Below are positions 11,097 to 24,110 of a stretch of 64,000 bases of DNA, in pieces (position 1 is the first letter of the stretch; the number at the start of each line of letters is the position of its first letter). Both the position numbers and the translations under genes were made by a program. Below the pieces are notes generated by a model, which was given only the letters and a program-made list of their open reading frames with translations, ran no database searches and was not told the DNA's origin. The stretch is from Octopus sinensis (lineage: Eukaryota): contig NC_043008.1 in NCBI RefSeq assembly GCF_006345805.1, positions 36,270,001-36,334,000 of the forward strand. Direction: 5' to 3'.

Positions 11097-12179
11097 TCTC
11101 TCTCTCTCTCTCTAATATATATATATATTTATATATATTGTTGCCATGATTGTCCACTAAATCCATAAGGTCTTTTTATTCTCTCTCTATTTATTTCCTC
11201 ATGTTCCTTTCTGTTGAAGAGCATAGGCTCGAAATGTAAAAATCTTCCCGAGCGTCAAACTAATACACCCACTTGTTGTTTATACACCTATCTTTGTCTT
11301 TTGTTTTTCTGTAAATTTCAACTATATATGTATATACATATATATATATATATCATTAATTAAATATATTCTGTTAGAATATTATACACTGAATTTATTA
11401 TGCGTGCTCTTTGTATAAGATGTCAAAAATATTAATACTATAAAGTATTGAGACATTAATACGAGCGATTATATATATACTTTATTTTGAAATAATAGCA
11501 TGAAATTGAATATCAAAAAAATTTCTCACAAAGATATATATGTCTAAAATAGTATTGTATTAAAAATATATGTAAATATATAAAACATGACAGTTTAAAA
11601 ATTTGTCGTCGTTGTTGTCGCTGCCATTGCCGTCGTCGTTGTCTAACATGTGTTTTCCCTGCTGGCATCATTCTCAAATCACTCACAACTGGCTTTAACC
11701 TTTTGGTTACCATATTTATGTTGAAGTATTGTTTCGATTAAGTTTGAAAATAATGAAGAATTTATTAAGATAATCTTGTCATTATCAAGGTGGTGTTTGA
11801 AATATTGTGTCAAGATTTGCAATATTTTGGTGAGTCATTTGTGTTATTTGTCAAGTTAACAAAAGCAGCCTAGAATTCAAAGTAAAGGCCATTGTGTTGC
11901 GCTGTCTGCAGCCACCTTTTTACCAGTTCTTTTGCTGCAACGCTGATACCGGTTCTTGTTCTCTAAGGCGAGGAGCTCCTTCACTGAGGCTTCCACCTCC
12001 TTTTGGTTGAGAAAGTGTCATGAGCACAGGAAGGGAGCTACGGATCTAAACAAATAATGATTTGATCCTGCTAGTCCAGTCTGGTCTGGACTGTATGTTG
12101 TGTGTGGCATCACTCTGATTTCCTCAAGTTCCTGGAGATTATTCCAGGTTGTTTAAGTGGTAGGAGGTCTTGTGAAGTC

Positions 12180-12685
12180 TTGTGCTGCAGAAGAGCTCAC
12201 TTTCAGTTAACCAATGCCAGGTATTTTTGCTGCTCAATGATATACATCCGTGAGATGCCAAACTCATCTGATACTCACTGAGTGCTGCTCACCAGATTTG
12301 GCACTTTGGCTTGGAACGTGACCTTGGAATCCACAGCTTTAGGCCTTGCTTGATCATCGAAGTTCTTCCAACTCAAGTGAAATTTCTTAAGCCATACGGT
12401 TACTCTTCTGTGATCAACTGTACCTTCACCTTTTATGCAACAAATGGTTTTGGTTGCTTCCATGTTGTTATGGCTCAGTTCGAACTTGTAAAGTCGAAGT
12501 TCCTGAATGAAGCTAAATTGCATGTTCATCTTGATGCATTTCAGATCATATAGAGTGAAGCAATGTACTAACTACCATGATACTACCAACTTCAGAGAGT
12601 ATCTTCCATGGCCTGAACAGCTTTGGTCATGGGATACACATGTTGCAAACTAGCACCTATGCAAAACTTTTGACTTGCTACAATA
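12180..12685 (-). mobile_element. Mariner 5' fragment (decayed)
   Basis: Encodes LYKFELSHNNMEATKTICCIKGEGTVDHRRVTVWLKKF...DDQARP, the mariner N-terminal HTH region. Confidence 0.65.
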
Positions 12686-12991
12686 TAAATTAACTTGTAA
12701 TTTTGATGGAAGATTTTAATTTAGAACAGAATTTAAAACAGAACTTTAAAAGTTGAACAAAAAGTGCTTTCAGGCAGGTTGGCATTAAAAGGATTGAAAA
12801 GAAAAAGCACATTGACTTATATAGCCTTAGATACACTATGCCAGAAAAGAAGATTGGAATACCTCTGACCGTGAGTTTGCTTGATCAGGATTGACAACAT
12901 GGCATGGAAGAATCCCACCTTGACCTCCACTTTAGAAATTTTTATTTCAAAATTTTACTGGAAAAAATGTCTGACTGTTTCTCTGTCTATT

Positions 12992-13085
<94 letters not shown>

Positions 13086-13329
13086 TTGGTTTTGAAAAAA
13101 AACATTGTAAATTTCTTTTTTCCCTTTCCTCAATTTTAAAAAAAAAATGTCTTTTCCCCTTTCAAATCTTGAAAATTTGCTTTGCGATGAAAACCAGTTT
13201 GAGTTATTACTTTTTAAATTTTCCATACACCCATTTTTATTAAAATTTACCTTCAATTTAGCATTCTGCCTTTTTAAAATTTTTCCTCTTCTATATATAT
13301 ATTTACATATATTTTCTTCCATCTTGTAG

Positions 13330-13359
13330 CCATTCACATTCCATTCCTCAAGAAGGAAG
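13330..13359 (+). CDS. AP5B1: AP5B1 30-nt microexon
   Basis: Acceptor ttccatcttgtag|, donor aag|gtaaga; encodes (A)IHIPFLKKE, matching the remembered human AVHVPCL motif at the expected position; phase 1 to 1. Confidence 0.8.
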
Positions 13360-14543
13360 GTAAGAGATTTTTAAAAATCTTTTTTCATAAGTAAACTCTC
13401 TAATTATATGCAATACTTGTAGGAAGGATATTTTTTACAATTACTAATACCATTGTTCAATCTTATTCCCCCCGCCCCATATAAATTATTCTAAAAAATG
13501 TTTTTCATAATGGCAATGTTTTCAATGTTACTCTGATTAAGGTGGGGAGCTGGCAGAATTGTTTGTACACCAGGCAAAATGCTTAGCAGTATTTCTTGTC
13601 TTTGCATTGTGAGTTCAAATTCTGCCAACGTCATTTTTGCCTTTAATCCTTTCAGGGTTGATTAAATAAGTACCAGTTGAGTACTGGGGTTGATGCAATT
13701 GACTTACACCTTCCCCCAAAATTGCTGGCATTGTGCCAAAATTTGAAATCTGTATTTTACTCTGATGAAATTTCTTGTATCTTAGATTGTTAAAACATGA
13801 TTTACAAGTTAGTAAGTAAATAAAAAAATAATTAAAAGTGTTTGGGATTCTTTCAGCTCTTGTAGCAGTTTTAAAGATACAAATCTTACTTTTATGAAAA
13901 CTAAGTGTACTTTAAATAATAAACTACATAAAGAAAATTAAAATTAACCTTTTGTTTGATGAAAGCGTTTTCATAAATTTGTTCTAAATGTCCACACTAT
14001 TAAACTTTATTTTCACAAGTCCCAAGTTACTTGTCTACTTTGAAAAAAAAAAGAGAAAAGAAAAAAGAATTTGGTGCATGGTTGGTGTATGGATGCCAGA
14101 GAAATATGTCCTGTGTATCAAATGACAGCAAAGAAATAACATTTGAAAGATCATCTTAATAAAAAATAAAATTCTAAAAAAAGGGAGAAAATAATTTTTT
14201 CAAGTGTATTTAGTCAGAAATGTCTTTTAGCTGTTGATGCTAGAGTTGTGAAGTGAAATGGCTGAAGAAAATTTATACAGTCTTTTGAGAAATGGTTAAA
14301 AACAAAAAACCTTCTCTTTAGTAGCTTTGTTTCATTTCAGTTTCTCTAATCCTCATTTATATTTCTAGACTTTCGACAGTCAAATGAAATCTTCTATGGC
14401 CAGATGCCCTTCCAGTTACCAACTCCTATCTGTTTCTAAGCAAACTAATCCTTTCCACAGTTAGGCATGTTTTCATCTCAGAACTGATGCTGTGTAAAAT
14501 CAGATTTACCAAACCTTATCTATTCACTTCCTTCCCTTTTCAG

Positions 14544-14607
14544 ATTCTGAAATGGTTCAGTTAGAGTTTTATTCCCGGAAACCTTTTCCTGGAGACTTTT
14601 CTACTTG
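14544..14607 (+). CDS. AP5B1: AP5B1 internal exon
   Basis: Acceptor cttcccttttcag|, donor tg|gtaaga; 64 nt, phase 1 to 2; encodes (D)SEMVQLEFYSRKPFPGDFST(W). Confidence 0.85.
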
Positions 14608-14954
14608 GTAAGATATGAAGAAAATTTGTTTACTATAATTTTTTTATTGATTTTAAAAAACAAGTTTTGAATTTTATTTTCATTTTCTTCATAATTTATT
14701 ACATTTGGAAGCTTCTTTCTCTTCTAAGTCCAAGAATTAGAAATGGCCGATGGCAAGTTAATGCTGATAAGTTCTTTTATCCATCAGCTATACGATCAGG
14801 CATGGCTGTGTGATTTAGAAACTTGCCTCCCAACCATATATATATGTGTATGTATGCGGAGGGGCAATAAACACTGAAGATGTACAGAAAACAGATTCCA
14901 TCACATGCTAGGGGGAAAAAAACTAGAAATAGTTGATAGCTTCTACTGCTGAAA

Positions 14955-15730
14955 CAATGAAGTCTGTAGTGGGGATGGATGCTCTGAGAGTGTAGCGGCT
15001 AGAATACGAATAACCTGGGCAAAGTTCAGGGAGCTCTTACCTCTGCTGGCAACTAAGGGCCTCTCGCTCAGGATGAAAAGTAGACTGTATGATGCATGTG
15101 TGCAAACTGCCATGCTACATGGCAGTGAAACATGGGCCATGACTGCTGAGGACATGTGTAAGCTTGAAAGAAATGAAGCTAGTATGATCTGCTGGATGTG
15201 TAATGTCAGTGTGCATACATGACAGAGTGTGAGTGCCCCGAGAGAAAAGTTGGACATAAGAAGCATCAAATGTGGTGTGCAAGAGAGACAAATGGTCATG
15301 TGTTATGTATGGATGAGTACACCTGTGTGAGGAAGTAGCACACCCTAACTGTGGAAGGAACCTGTGGAAGAGGTAGACCCAGGAAGACATGGGATGAGGT
15401 GGTGAAGCATGATCTTCAAACATTGGACCTCACAGAGGCAATGAAAAGAGACCGAGACCTTTGGAGATATGCTGCGATTGAGAAAACCTGGCAACTAAAG
15501 TGAGATTGCAGTCATGGCTGATATCGGTGTCATGCAAATGGCACCTGTGCTTGTGCATTGTAAAAGCATTCATTACACTCTTGGATGGTTGGCGTTAGGA
15601 AGGGCATCCAGCCGTAGAAAACCATGCCAAATCAGACTGGATCCTGGCACAGCCTTCCAACATGCCAGCCTCAATCAAACTGTCCAACCCATGTCAGCAT
15701 GGAAAACAGACATTAAATGATGATGATGAT
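14955..15730 (+). mobile_element. RTE-clade LINE 3' fragment
   Basis: Encodes RIRITWAKFRELLPLLATKGLSLRMKSRLYDACVQTAMLHGSETWA and GRGRPRKTWDEVVKHDL, then a 3' UTR and (GAT)n tail. Confidence 0.8.
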
Positions 15731-16078
15731 ATATATGTATATATATATATTTATATATATATCCATGCCAGTGGCACATAAAATCACCCTTTACACACTT
15801 GGAGTGGTTAATGTTAGGAAGGGCATCCAGCCATAGAAAGCATGCCAAATCAGATGAGTTTGGTGCAGCCTCCTAGCTTTCCAGCCCTAGTTAAACCGTC
15901 CAGCCCATACCAGCATGGACAATGGCTGTTAAATGATGACAATAATGAAGGCGATATATATATATATATATATATACACGCACACACTTGCATATGTGTG
16001 TGTATGTATATACATATATAGATATACAAACACATGCATATATACATACACTCAGACATATATACTCATGTATTCCAG

Positions 16079-16258
16079 GTCGATATTTGCCTCTGTGAAC
16101 AAAGTGACAATGTACTGTTGTCTTGGAACTACATCCATAAGTTTTACTGATTTGATGATGCCCATTCCATGGAAGATTCTAGGAGTTCCAGACGATCGAA
16201 AATATCTCCTCTTTAACAAAGTGTGGGAGCACATAACAGAAAGTAACAACAATTCTGG
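16079..16258 (+). CDS. AP5B1: AP5B1 internal exon
   Basis: Acceptor tattccag|, donor gg|gtaagc; 180 nt, phase 2 to 2; encodes SIFASVNKVTMYCCLGTTSISFTDLMMPIPWKILGVPDDRKYLLFNKVWEHITESNNNS. This aligns with remembered human VNFADLFLPFP...FFEELWDS. Confidence 0.88.
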
Positions 16259-16283
16259 GTAAGCTGTTTTGGTTTTGACTGAT

Positions 16284-16549
16284 ACCCATATTTTTGCCTT
16301 ACAACCATATTTTTGCCTTACACCCATATTTTTGCCTTACACCCATATTTTTGCCTTACACCCATATTTTTGCCTTACACCCATATTTTTGCCTTACACT
16401 CAGATTTTTGCCATACACCCATATTTTTGCCTTACACTCATATTTTTGCCTTACACCCATATTTTTGCCTTACACTCATATTTTTGCCTTACACCCATAT
16501 TTTTGCCTTACACTCATATTTTTGCCTTACACTTATACTTTTGCCTTTT
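16284..16549. repeat. 19-bp minisatellite (ACCCATATTTTTGCCTTAC) x about 14
   Basis: Directly visible; source of the PYTHIFAL-type artefactual ORFs. Confidence 0.95.
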
Positions 16550-17056
16550 AACCTATATTGTCTAAATTTTTGCTTCAGTTATTCATATTTTAGATATTTT
16601 TTCTTTGCCTTCCTTCTATACCCTTGCTTAACATGTGCTTTTGGTGGTGGTGGCTGCTACTGTTTTTGTTGTTGTTGTTGTTGAAATCTTCAACCCTACC
16701 ATTTTGAAAGAAAAGAAGAAAAAACAAATGAGCTATTCTTAGAGTGTTGGATGAGGTACATGACAGTCTTTGTTACAGTACTTTGTGGGCCAAGCTTTTG
16801 GGTGGTACAATTAATCCACTGGCGTGTTTAACACTAAAAACTTTGGATGTCATTGGTGGAATTAATTTTGTTGAAAGTATTTGGGAAAGGTTTTCATTTT
16901 GAAGCTAATGTATCCCCTTCACCCATCAGTCTTTGATGTCTTGTGGAAAAAAAAAAGAAAATCAAGTCATGGGTTCTACCCTTTTCTTATTGACTAAGCA
17001 CTGGAAAAACTAATGTAGTTGGTGATACACTCTGCTTGAGAAAAATTAGACTGGGT

Positions 17057-17240
17057 GGCACGTAAAAAGCACCCATTACACTCATGGAGTGGTTGGTGTT
17101 AGGACGAATATCCAGCTGTAGAAACACTGCCAGATCAGACTGGAGCCTGGTGTAGCCTCCTGGCTTCCCAGGCCCCAGTCAAACCGTCCAACCCATGCTA
17201 GCATGGAAAACTGACGTTAAACGATGATGATGATGATGAT
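17057..17240 (+). mobile_element. RTE-like 3' tail repeat
   Basis: Same segment as 7973-8170, ending in (GAT)n. Confidence 0.65.
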
Positions 17241-17705
17241 GTTCATATCTGGAATCTTTTAGTTTCTTAATGTCTCACGGTTAAACAGCTATTATAATTT
17301 AATAAAAAAAAAAGGAACAGTTGAAATCTTTTTTCTGTTTTCTGGAAATAAAGCAAAGGGCTTCACACCAGCTTCTTGAATAGTTTATGTAGTCCTAATT
17401 TTAAAGATCCGAACATTTTGAGGGAGATTTAGCTGTTGTAGTGAGCAAATAACTTCAGTGGCTCATGTGGTCCTAATTTTAAAGACAGAATTTCACGAGG
17501 GAAATTTAGCTGCTATATTATGCAATTGACTTTTGTAATACTCCATCAGTAACCCACATGGTTTATAATTTTAAAGGTAGAAATATTTTGAGGGAGATTT
17601 GGCTGTTGTGTCAAACAAATGACTTCACAGAAGCTTCTTCAGTGGCTCATTTGGCCCTAATTTTAAATATTTATTTACTACATTAAACCCTTCCCTTATA
17701 TGGAA

Positions 17706-18183
17706 TTTACTCTTTTACTCTTTTATTTGTTTCAGTTATTTGACTACGGCCATGCTGGAGCACTACGTTTAGTCGAGCAAATTGACCCAAGGACTTATTC
17801 TTTGGATGCCTAGTACTTAGTTTATCGGTCTCTTTTGCCAAACTGCTAAGTTACGGAGACATAAACACACCACCATCGGTTGTCAAGCGATGTTGGGGGG
17901 ACAAACACAGACACACAAACATATACACACACATACATATACATGTCGTCTTCTAAATGTTTCACGTTCTTGTCCCAGTTTGTATAATTTTTTACTTTTA
18001 CATATATATATATATACACACATATATACAACAGGCTTCTTTCAGTTTCTGTCTACCAAATCCACTCACAAGGCTTTGGTCGGCTCAAGGCTATAGTAGA
18101 AGACACTTGCCCAAGGTGCCATGCAGTGGAAATGAACCCAGAACCACGTGGCTGGTAATCAAGCTACTTACCACACAGCCACT
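17706..18183 (-). mobile_element. SINE family A
   Basis: Reverse-complement copy with an expanded middle section. Confidence 0.8.
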
Positions 18184-18321
18184 ATTTTTTCAAAGTCAGT
18201 GGGATAAAATTGACACAGAATATTAAACATTAATCACTTCAATACCTCTATTTGAATTAAATTCAATTTGTAATTATATCAATTATATGACATGGGCATT
18301 TTGATTTTGACTTCTTTACAG

Positions 18322-18425
18322 CCCAGCAGCCCTCCAGTCTATCAAGATTCTGCCAATAAACCAGACTGGTTTGAAGAAACTCAAGGAATCAGAACTTAAT
18401 CCCTACGTTGTTTATTGTAACAATG
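18322..18425 (+). CDS. AP5B1: AP5B1 penultimate coding exon
   Basis: Acceptor cttctttacag|, donor g|gtaaga; 104 nt, phase 2 to 1; encodes PAALQSIKILPINQTGLKKLKESELNPYVVYCNN (compare human LEGLVSRHLEPFVV). Confidence 0.88.
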
Positions 18426-19580
18426 GTAAGACTGCATAAAATACTTTGTTTCGTGTTGTTCCTTTGATCACTTCAACACCTGACATGTGGTATACTTGTG
18501 CATGTGTACTGGTAATGTCAATTTGAAGGAAAGAGTAAGCTAATGTACAGCACATGCATTTGTTTATTATAAACAAATTATTTGTGCATCTTGTTCAACA
18601 AAATCTGAACATTCATACATCATCTTTGATGGGAGATTCCAATTAACTTATTTTGTGTATTATAGAATGCTGACGTGGCCGATGACAGTACTGCCTGATT
18701 GGCACTTGTGCCAGTGGTACGTTAAAAGCACATCCAAGCGTGATTGTTGCCAGGGTCACGGATTGGCTCCCATGCCAGTGACATGTGAAAAGCACCATTC
18801 ATGAATGATCATTGCCGGTGTTGCCTTACCGGCACATGAAGAACAACATTCAAGCATGATCGTTGCCAGTGCTGCTAGACTGGCTCCTGTGCAGGTAGCA
18901 CATAAAAATGCCTTTTGGGCGTGGTCATTGCCAGAACCACCTGACTGGTCCTCATGCCAGTGGCACGTAAAAGCACCCACTACACTCTCAGAGTGTTTGG
19001 CATTAGGAAGGGTATCCAGCTGTAGAAACTTTGCCAGATCAGATTGGAGCCTGATGCAGCCATCTGGTTCACCAGTCCCCAGTCAAATCATCCAACCCAT
19101 GCCAGCATGGAAAGCGGACGTTAAATGACGATGACGATGACGATGATGATGATGAGTATATATTGGAAGGGCATCCAGCTGTAAAAACCATGCCAAAACT
19201 GACCTCACTTGTGCTGGTGCTACATAAAAAACACTCAATCCACTCTGTGTGGTGGTTGGTGTTAGGAAGGGTATCCTGTTGTAAAAACTGTGACAAAACA
19301 CAGTCTTCTGCCTGGTCAGCTCCTGTAAAACTATTCAACCTATGCCAGCATGGAAGGTGGACATTAAACGATGACAATGATGACGATATACATGATGGTG
19401 ATGATGATTGTCTACTCGTTAGATGAGCATGACCATTGCTGACAGTTAAGTGTCAGTACTGCCTGTGCTAGGGTTTTAAGTTGAGTGCAGCTGGCACAAC
19501 ACGAAAATGACTCTCATTAGCAATACTGTTGTACAAAGTAGGTTTCAATATTGTGTTAGTAAAATAGTCAAGTTAACATA

Positions 19581-20849
19581 TATTGGGTTGTCCGGAAAGT
19601 TTGTGCCGATTTTTAAAGGAAAGGAAAAGGTCAGTAAATACTTGCCATTACATTTTTAAAGAACCAAATATAAACCATTTTGTTGTACAATGCGTCTCCA
19701 TCTTTCCTTTAACTGGAAAATACCCTCTTTCCAGAATTGAGGTGGTTTCATGGCAAAGAATTCATCAAGGTATCTTTTTACATCATCCAAGGAATTGAAA
19801 GTTTTACCATTAAGACTATTCTGCAGAGACCTGAATAAGTGGAAATCTGAAAGAGCAATATCTGGTGAATATGGAGGGTGGGGTAACACATCCCAGCCGA
19901 GCTGCAGTAATTTTTGTCTGATTCCCAAAGAAACATGTGATCTTGCATTATCATGTTGGAAAACAACACCCTTCCTGTTGGCCAATTCTGGATGTTTCTC
20001 TTGAATTGCTGCTTTTAACTCATCCAGTTGTGTGCAGTATTTCTCAAAATTAATTGTCTGGTTATTTGGGAGAAGCTCATAGTACAGAATTCCTTTCGAA
20101 TCCCACCAGACACAAAGCAAGACTTTTTTAGGGTGAAGACCCACTTTTGGAGTGGCTAAAGGTGGCTCATGTCGCTTACTCCCGGATCACTTTCTCTGAA
20201 CATTTCGGTAGATAATCCATTTCTCATCACCTGTCACAATTTGCTTTACAAAAGGCGCATTTTCATTCCGTTTATAAAGCGAATCACAGATGGAAATGTG
20301 ATCCAAAAGGTTCTTCTCACTCAACTCATGTGGTACCCAAACATCGTAGTGATTTGTGTACCCAAGCTTTACTAGGTGCTCATGAATGATGGATTTTGAT
20401 AGGTTGAGGCTTTCTGCTAATTCTCGGGTTGTGCAATGTGGGTTATTCACAATTAATGACTTGATTTGGTTATCATCTGTAGTGGATGGTCTGCCTGATC
20501 GCTCTTTATCAATAAGGCTACAATCTCCAGCTCGGAACCTTGTGAACTACTTCCGTACAGTTTTTTTGGATAAAGAAACATCACTGTAAGCTACGCATAT
20601 TTCTTTGATTGCTTGTGAGGAAAAAGAAAAGCATCAAGTGCCAAAAATAAACTTTCTTATCTTCCATTTTAAAGGATTACAAAATTAACACATGTTATAG
20701 GAACATAAACCTTCTTCTACGAAAAGGTAGCTTAAACTGTACTGTAAATGGAGGTGTAGTCAAATTCTATTTTATGGACTCAACCATGTCCTAAAAAGTT
20801 GAAAGGTAAGCTATTATAAATCAGCACGAACTTTCCAGACAACCCAATA
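19581..20849 (-). mobile_element. Full-length decayed mariner (Tc1/mariner, DD34D) in the last AP5B1 intron
   Basis: TIRs tattgggttgtccggaaagtt... / ...aactttccagacaacccaata with TA ends. Transposase motifs WVPHEL, VTGDEKW, HDNARSH and HPPYSPDIALSDF, split by stops and frameshifts. Confidence 0.92.
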
Positions 20850-20885
20850 TTTATATGTGCGTGTGTGTGTTTGTGTGTGTGCGAG

Positions 20886-20919
<34 letters not shown>

Positions 20920-20960
20920 CATATATATCTAAGTTTTTGTTTCTTTTTTACCATTTGCAG

Positions 20961-21118
20961 AGATGGTTCACTGTGCAATATTTTTACCCCCTCATCACCA
21001 TCTGCTGCTGAAGCTTAAATGCATGACAGACAAGACTGCAGTTTCAATCCTAACCGACTTCTGGCAGATTCTTCCCTCAGTCAACACTTACTTGGAATCC
21101 TTGCAAGATTTCCTCTAA
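20961..21118 (+). CDS. AP5B1: AP5B1 terminal coding exon
   Basis: Acceptor ttttaccatttgcag|; encodes (E)MVHCAIFLPPHHHLLLKLKCMTDKTAVSILTDFWQILPSVNTYLESLQDFL-TAA. This matches the remembered AP5B1 C-terminus YCVAIHLPPDSKLLLRL...RTDDWAVLPLAGDYL. Confidence 0.9.
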
Positions 21119-21682
21119 CAACCAACGCTGTGATTCTTGTTTTCATTTTGTAATTTCTAATTTGGACAACATTTCTATTTGGTTTATTTCTTGACAACAT
21201 CTGGGACAACTTTGAATTTGTGTGTGTGTGTGTGTGTGTGCTTATATCTATATGTGTATGTATATACCCATGTTATATATATATATATCTGTGTGTGTAA
21301 TTATTCATGATTATATGCAGTTATGTGTGTGTGAGTGAATACAAATAAGTATGTGTCTGTATATATATATATATATATATGTTTATGTCTGTATATATTT
21401 TTGTATGTTTATGTACCTGTATGTCACTCTGTGTTCATTTGATTTTATGTCTGCTTTTCCATGTGAGCATGGGTTAGATGAATATATGATTCAGACATTG
21501 TCTTACAGCTGGATGCTCTTCCTGTCACTAACCTTTAATTGTTTGACATGTTAGGATCTTGTGTTTCACCCATCTTTGAAGGTGCAAAGCTAGTAGATGG
21601 TCCGTTGACGGAAGAAATGAAATCAACAACAAAGCAGCTTTTGCTGAGCAATATGTATATATGTATGTATGTGTGTGTGTGG

Positions 21683-21860
21683 AGGTGTACGGCTTAGTGG
21701 TTAGGGGTGTTGTACTCATGATAGTAAGATTGTGGTTTCGATTCCTGGACTGGGCAGTGCATTGTGTTCTTGAGTAAAACACTTTGTTTCACATTACTTC
21801 ACTCCACTCAGCTGGAAAAAGTAAGTAATACTGTGAAGGACCTGCGTTCCATCCAGGAGG
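21683..21860 (+). mobile_element. tRNA-derived SINE family C fragment
   Basis: Head ggcttagtggttagg...ggtttcgattcctgg resembles the reverse complement of the 56944-57259 head. Confidence 0.55.
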
Positions 21861-22230
21861 TTAATATATACACCACAGAATTCAGGAAACCAACTTTGCA
21901 ACCTTAAGGCTTGGGAGGGACCTTTGATCCCTTTTTTTGATGTATGCATGTGTGAGAATATTTGCTTGTGTATATTTATGTCTGTTTGTATTTTGAGTAT
22001 GAATATAAGCATATTGAGTGATGTAATGGTTAGATGGCTAAAACGACTTCTATTTCCTGTGCTCTCAGTTCAAGCCTTTACAACAGCAGTTGGATATTTT
22101 GTACAGGGGCAAACTTGGTGATGGGAAGGCTGTTGGAGCATTGAAACCATTACATTTTCTTTTTTTAAATAATAAATCCAGTTCAAGACATGGAGAAGGT
22201 GTGTAACCTTGTGTTTAGGATGTTCGGCTG

Positions 22231-22397
22231 CTGATTGTTAAGTGATGATTGTTGAGTGATGATTGTTGAGTGATGTTTATTGAGTGATGATTGTTAAGTG
22301 ATGATTGTTGAGTGATGACTGTTGAGTGATGATTGTTGAATGATGATTGTTGAATGATGATTGTTAAGTGAAGATTGTTGAGTGATGATTGTTAAGT
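22231..22397. repeat. 14-bp minisatellite (TGATGATTGTTGAG) x about 12
   Basis: Directly visible tandem array. Confidence 0.92.
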
Positions 22398-23563
22398 GGT
22401 GGATTTGGTTTTTAGACCAGGTAACATATTGTGTCCGTGAGCAAGGCTATTTACTTCACATTGCTCTTGTCTCATTCAATTGAAAATAAGTACCAGCAGT
22501 GACAAATAGAGATTAACCCAATGCTAGTCTGGTGTTCTCAGTGCATTGGCTGACTGGGACCCCAGTTAATTGTCTATGCATGTTATAGCTTGTCAAGAAA
22601 TACTCAAGAGGCCTGCTGCATTGATTTCCATGAGGGCCTGATGCTGCTAAGGCATCTCTGGCTCTGTGGGGTGTCTTTTACTCTCAATCTCAATGTATCA
22701 GAAACTTGGAAAAGTTCCAGTCTCATCGCTTGATGACAGATTAGAATTTTTCATTCCAAACACAGAATCAAAACTTCAATTTAATAAATCTTTTGTCGAA
22801 TTCCCAGTGTTACTTTAACACAAATGCTGTTTTCCGTTTTGGATTACAGTTTTGAAAACACTGACTCTGGACAAAGATGAGCAGGACTAATTTCTGGCAC
22901 TGTCTCTGCAAAACCAAGATTTCTCTAAAAGCCTGCTAAAGAAATCTGGTTGCACATGGAACTTTTTAATCAAACTCAGATGCTTTTATAAAATATCTTG
23001 ATGCTATTTTTTTCTTTTTTTTTCTTTCTTTGTGACTCATCATAATGAATGTCTGATATTTACTTTTAAATATTTCTGGTGAGTGAGGTGTGGTGGTGGT
23101 GGGGTGCGGTGGGTGGTGTAGGGTGGCGTTTTTATTTTGAGTCAATTTAGTCAACCTTTGTGTATTCCTTTACTTGTTTCAGTCATTGGACTGCAGCCAT
23201 GCTGGAGCACTGCCTTTTTTGGGTTAATCAAACTGGTCAATCCTAGTACTTATTCTTTTAAGCCTGGCACTTTTTCAAACATTTTTTTTTTATTTTGCGA
23301 AACTGCTGAGTTACAGGGACATAAACAAACCAACACTGTTTTTCAAGTGGTGGGGTAACAAATACAAACAAAAAGGTGCACGTACACTCACACACACATG
23401 TATATATTAATATATATACATATAAACGATGATGATGATGATGATGATGATGATAAACATATATTCATACACATACTCACACACACATATATATGTGTGT
23501 GTATCTATACACACATACACACACACATCTCCACACACACACATATGATAGATCTCTGCATGC

Positions 23564-23596
<33 letters not shown>

Positions 23597-24110
23597 TTCA
23601 GCCTGGGGTTATATTAAAAGACATTTGCTTAAGATGTCACACAGTTGAACTGAATCCAAACCATATTGTTCACAAGTGAGCTTCTTAACTTTAGGTCCAT
23701 GCCTTGATATAAGTTTTTTCCTTATGGGATCTGGAGGAAGAGAACATAAGGCTGACCCTGACAAGATTTGATCCAGCTTCCAATTTAGATGCTAGGTGTA
23801 AAGAATGTGGATACTTCAATGTAAAAAAGTACCCTAAATAATTTAGGTATTGACATATAAAAGATAGCTGTGACAAGTCTTTGCCAGAGAAGCCTTGTCT
23901 CTCATCTCTTTTCTGCTCTAGACGTCAGTGATAAATATCTGAAACATGGACGTTATTTTTACACTGGCTCCAGTCACTGCACTGTTGCCATTCTGGGGTC
24001 TTATCAGTTGTATAAACCCCAATATTTATTTCAACCACCTCAGAGCAATGAAAAGCAAAGAAGATTCTAGCCGAGATTTGCGCTCAGACCTTAAAGGTAT
24101 GTAGCCAATT

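Noticed and set aside
16269-16684. Repetitive PYTHIFAL ORFs
   Set aside because: Product of the 19-bp minisatellite inside an intron.
22231-22397. Regular short repeats considered as a CRISPR-like array
   Set aside because: Head-to-tail tandem units without unique spacers, in eukaryotic context; the same applies to 16284-16549.
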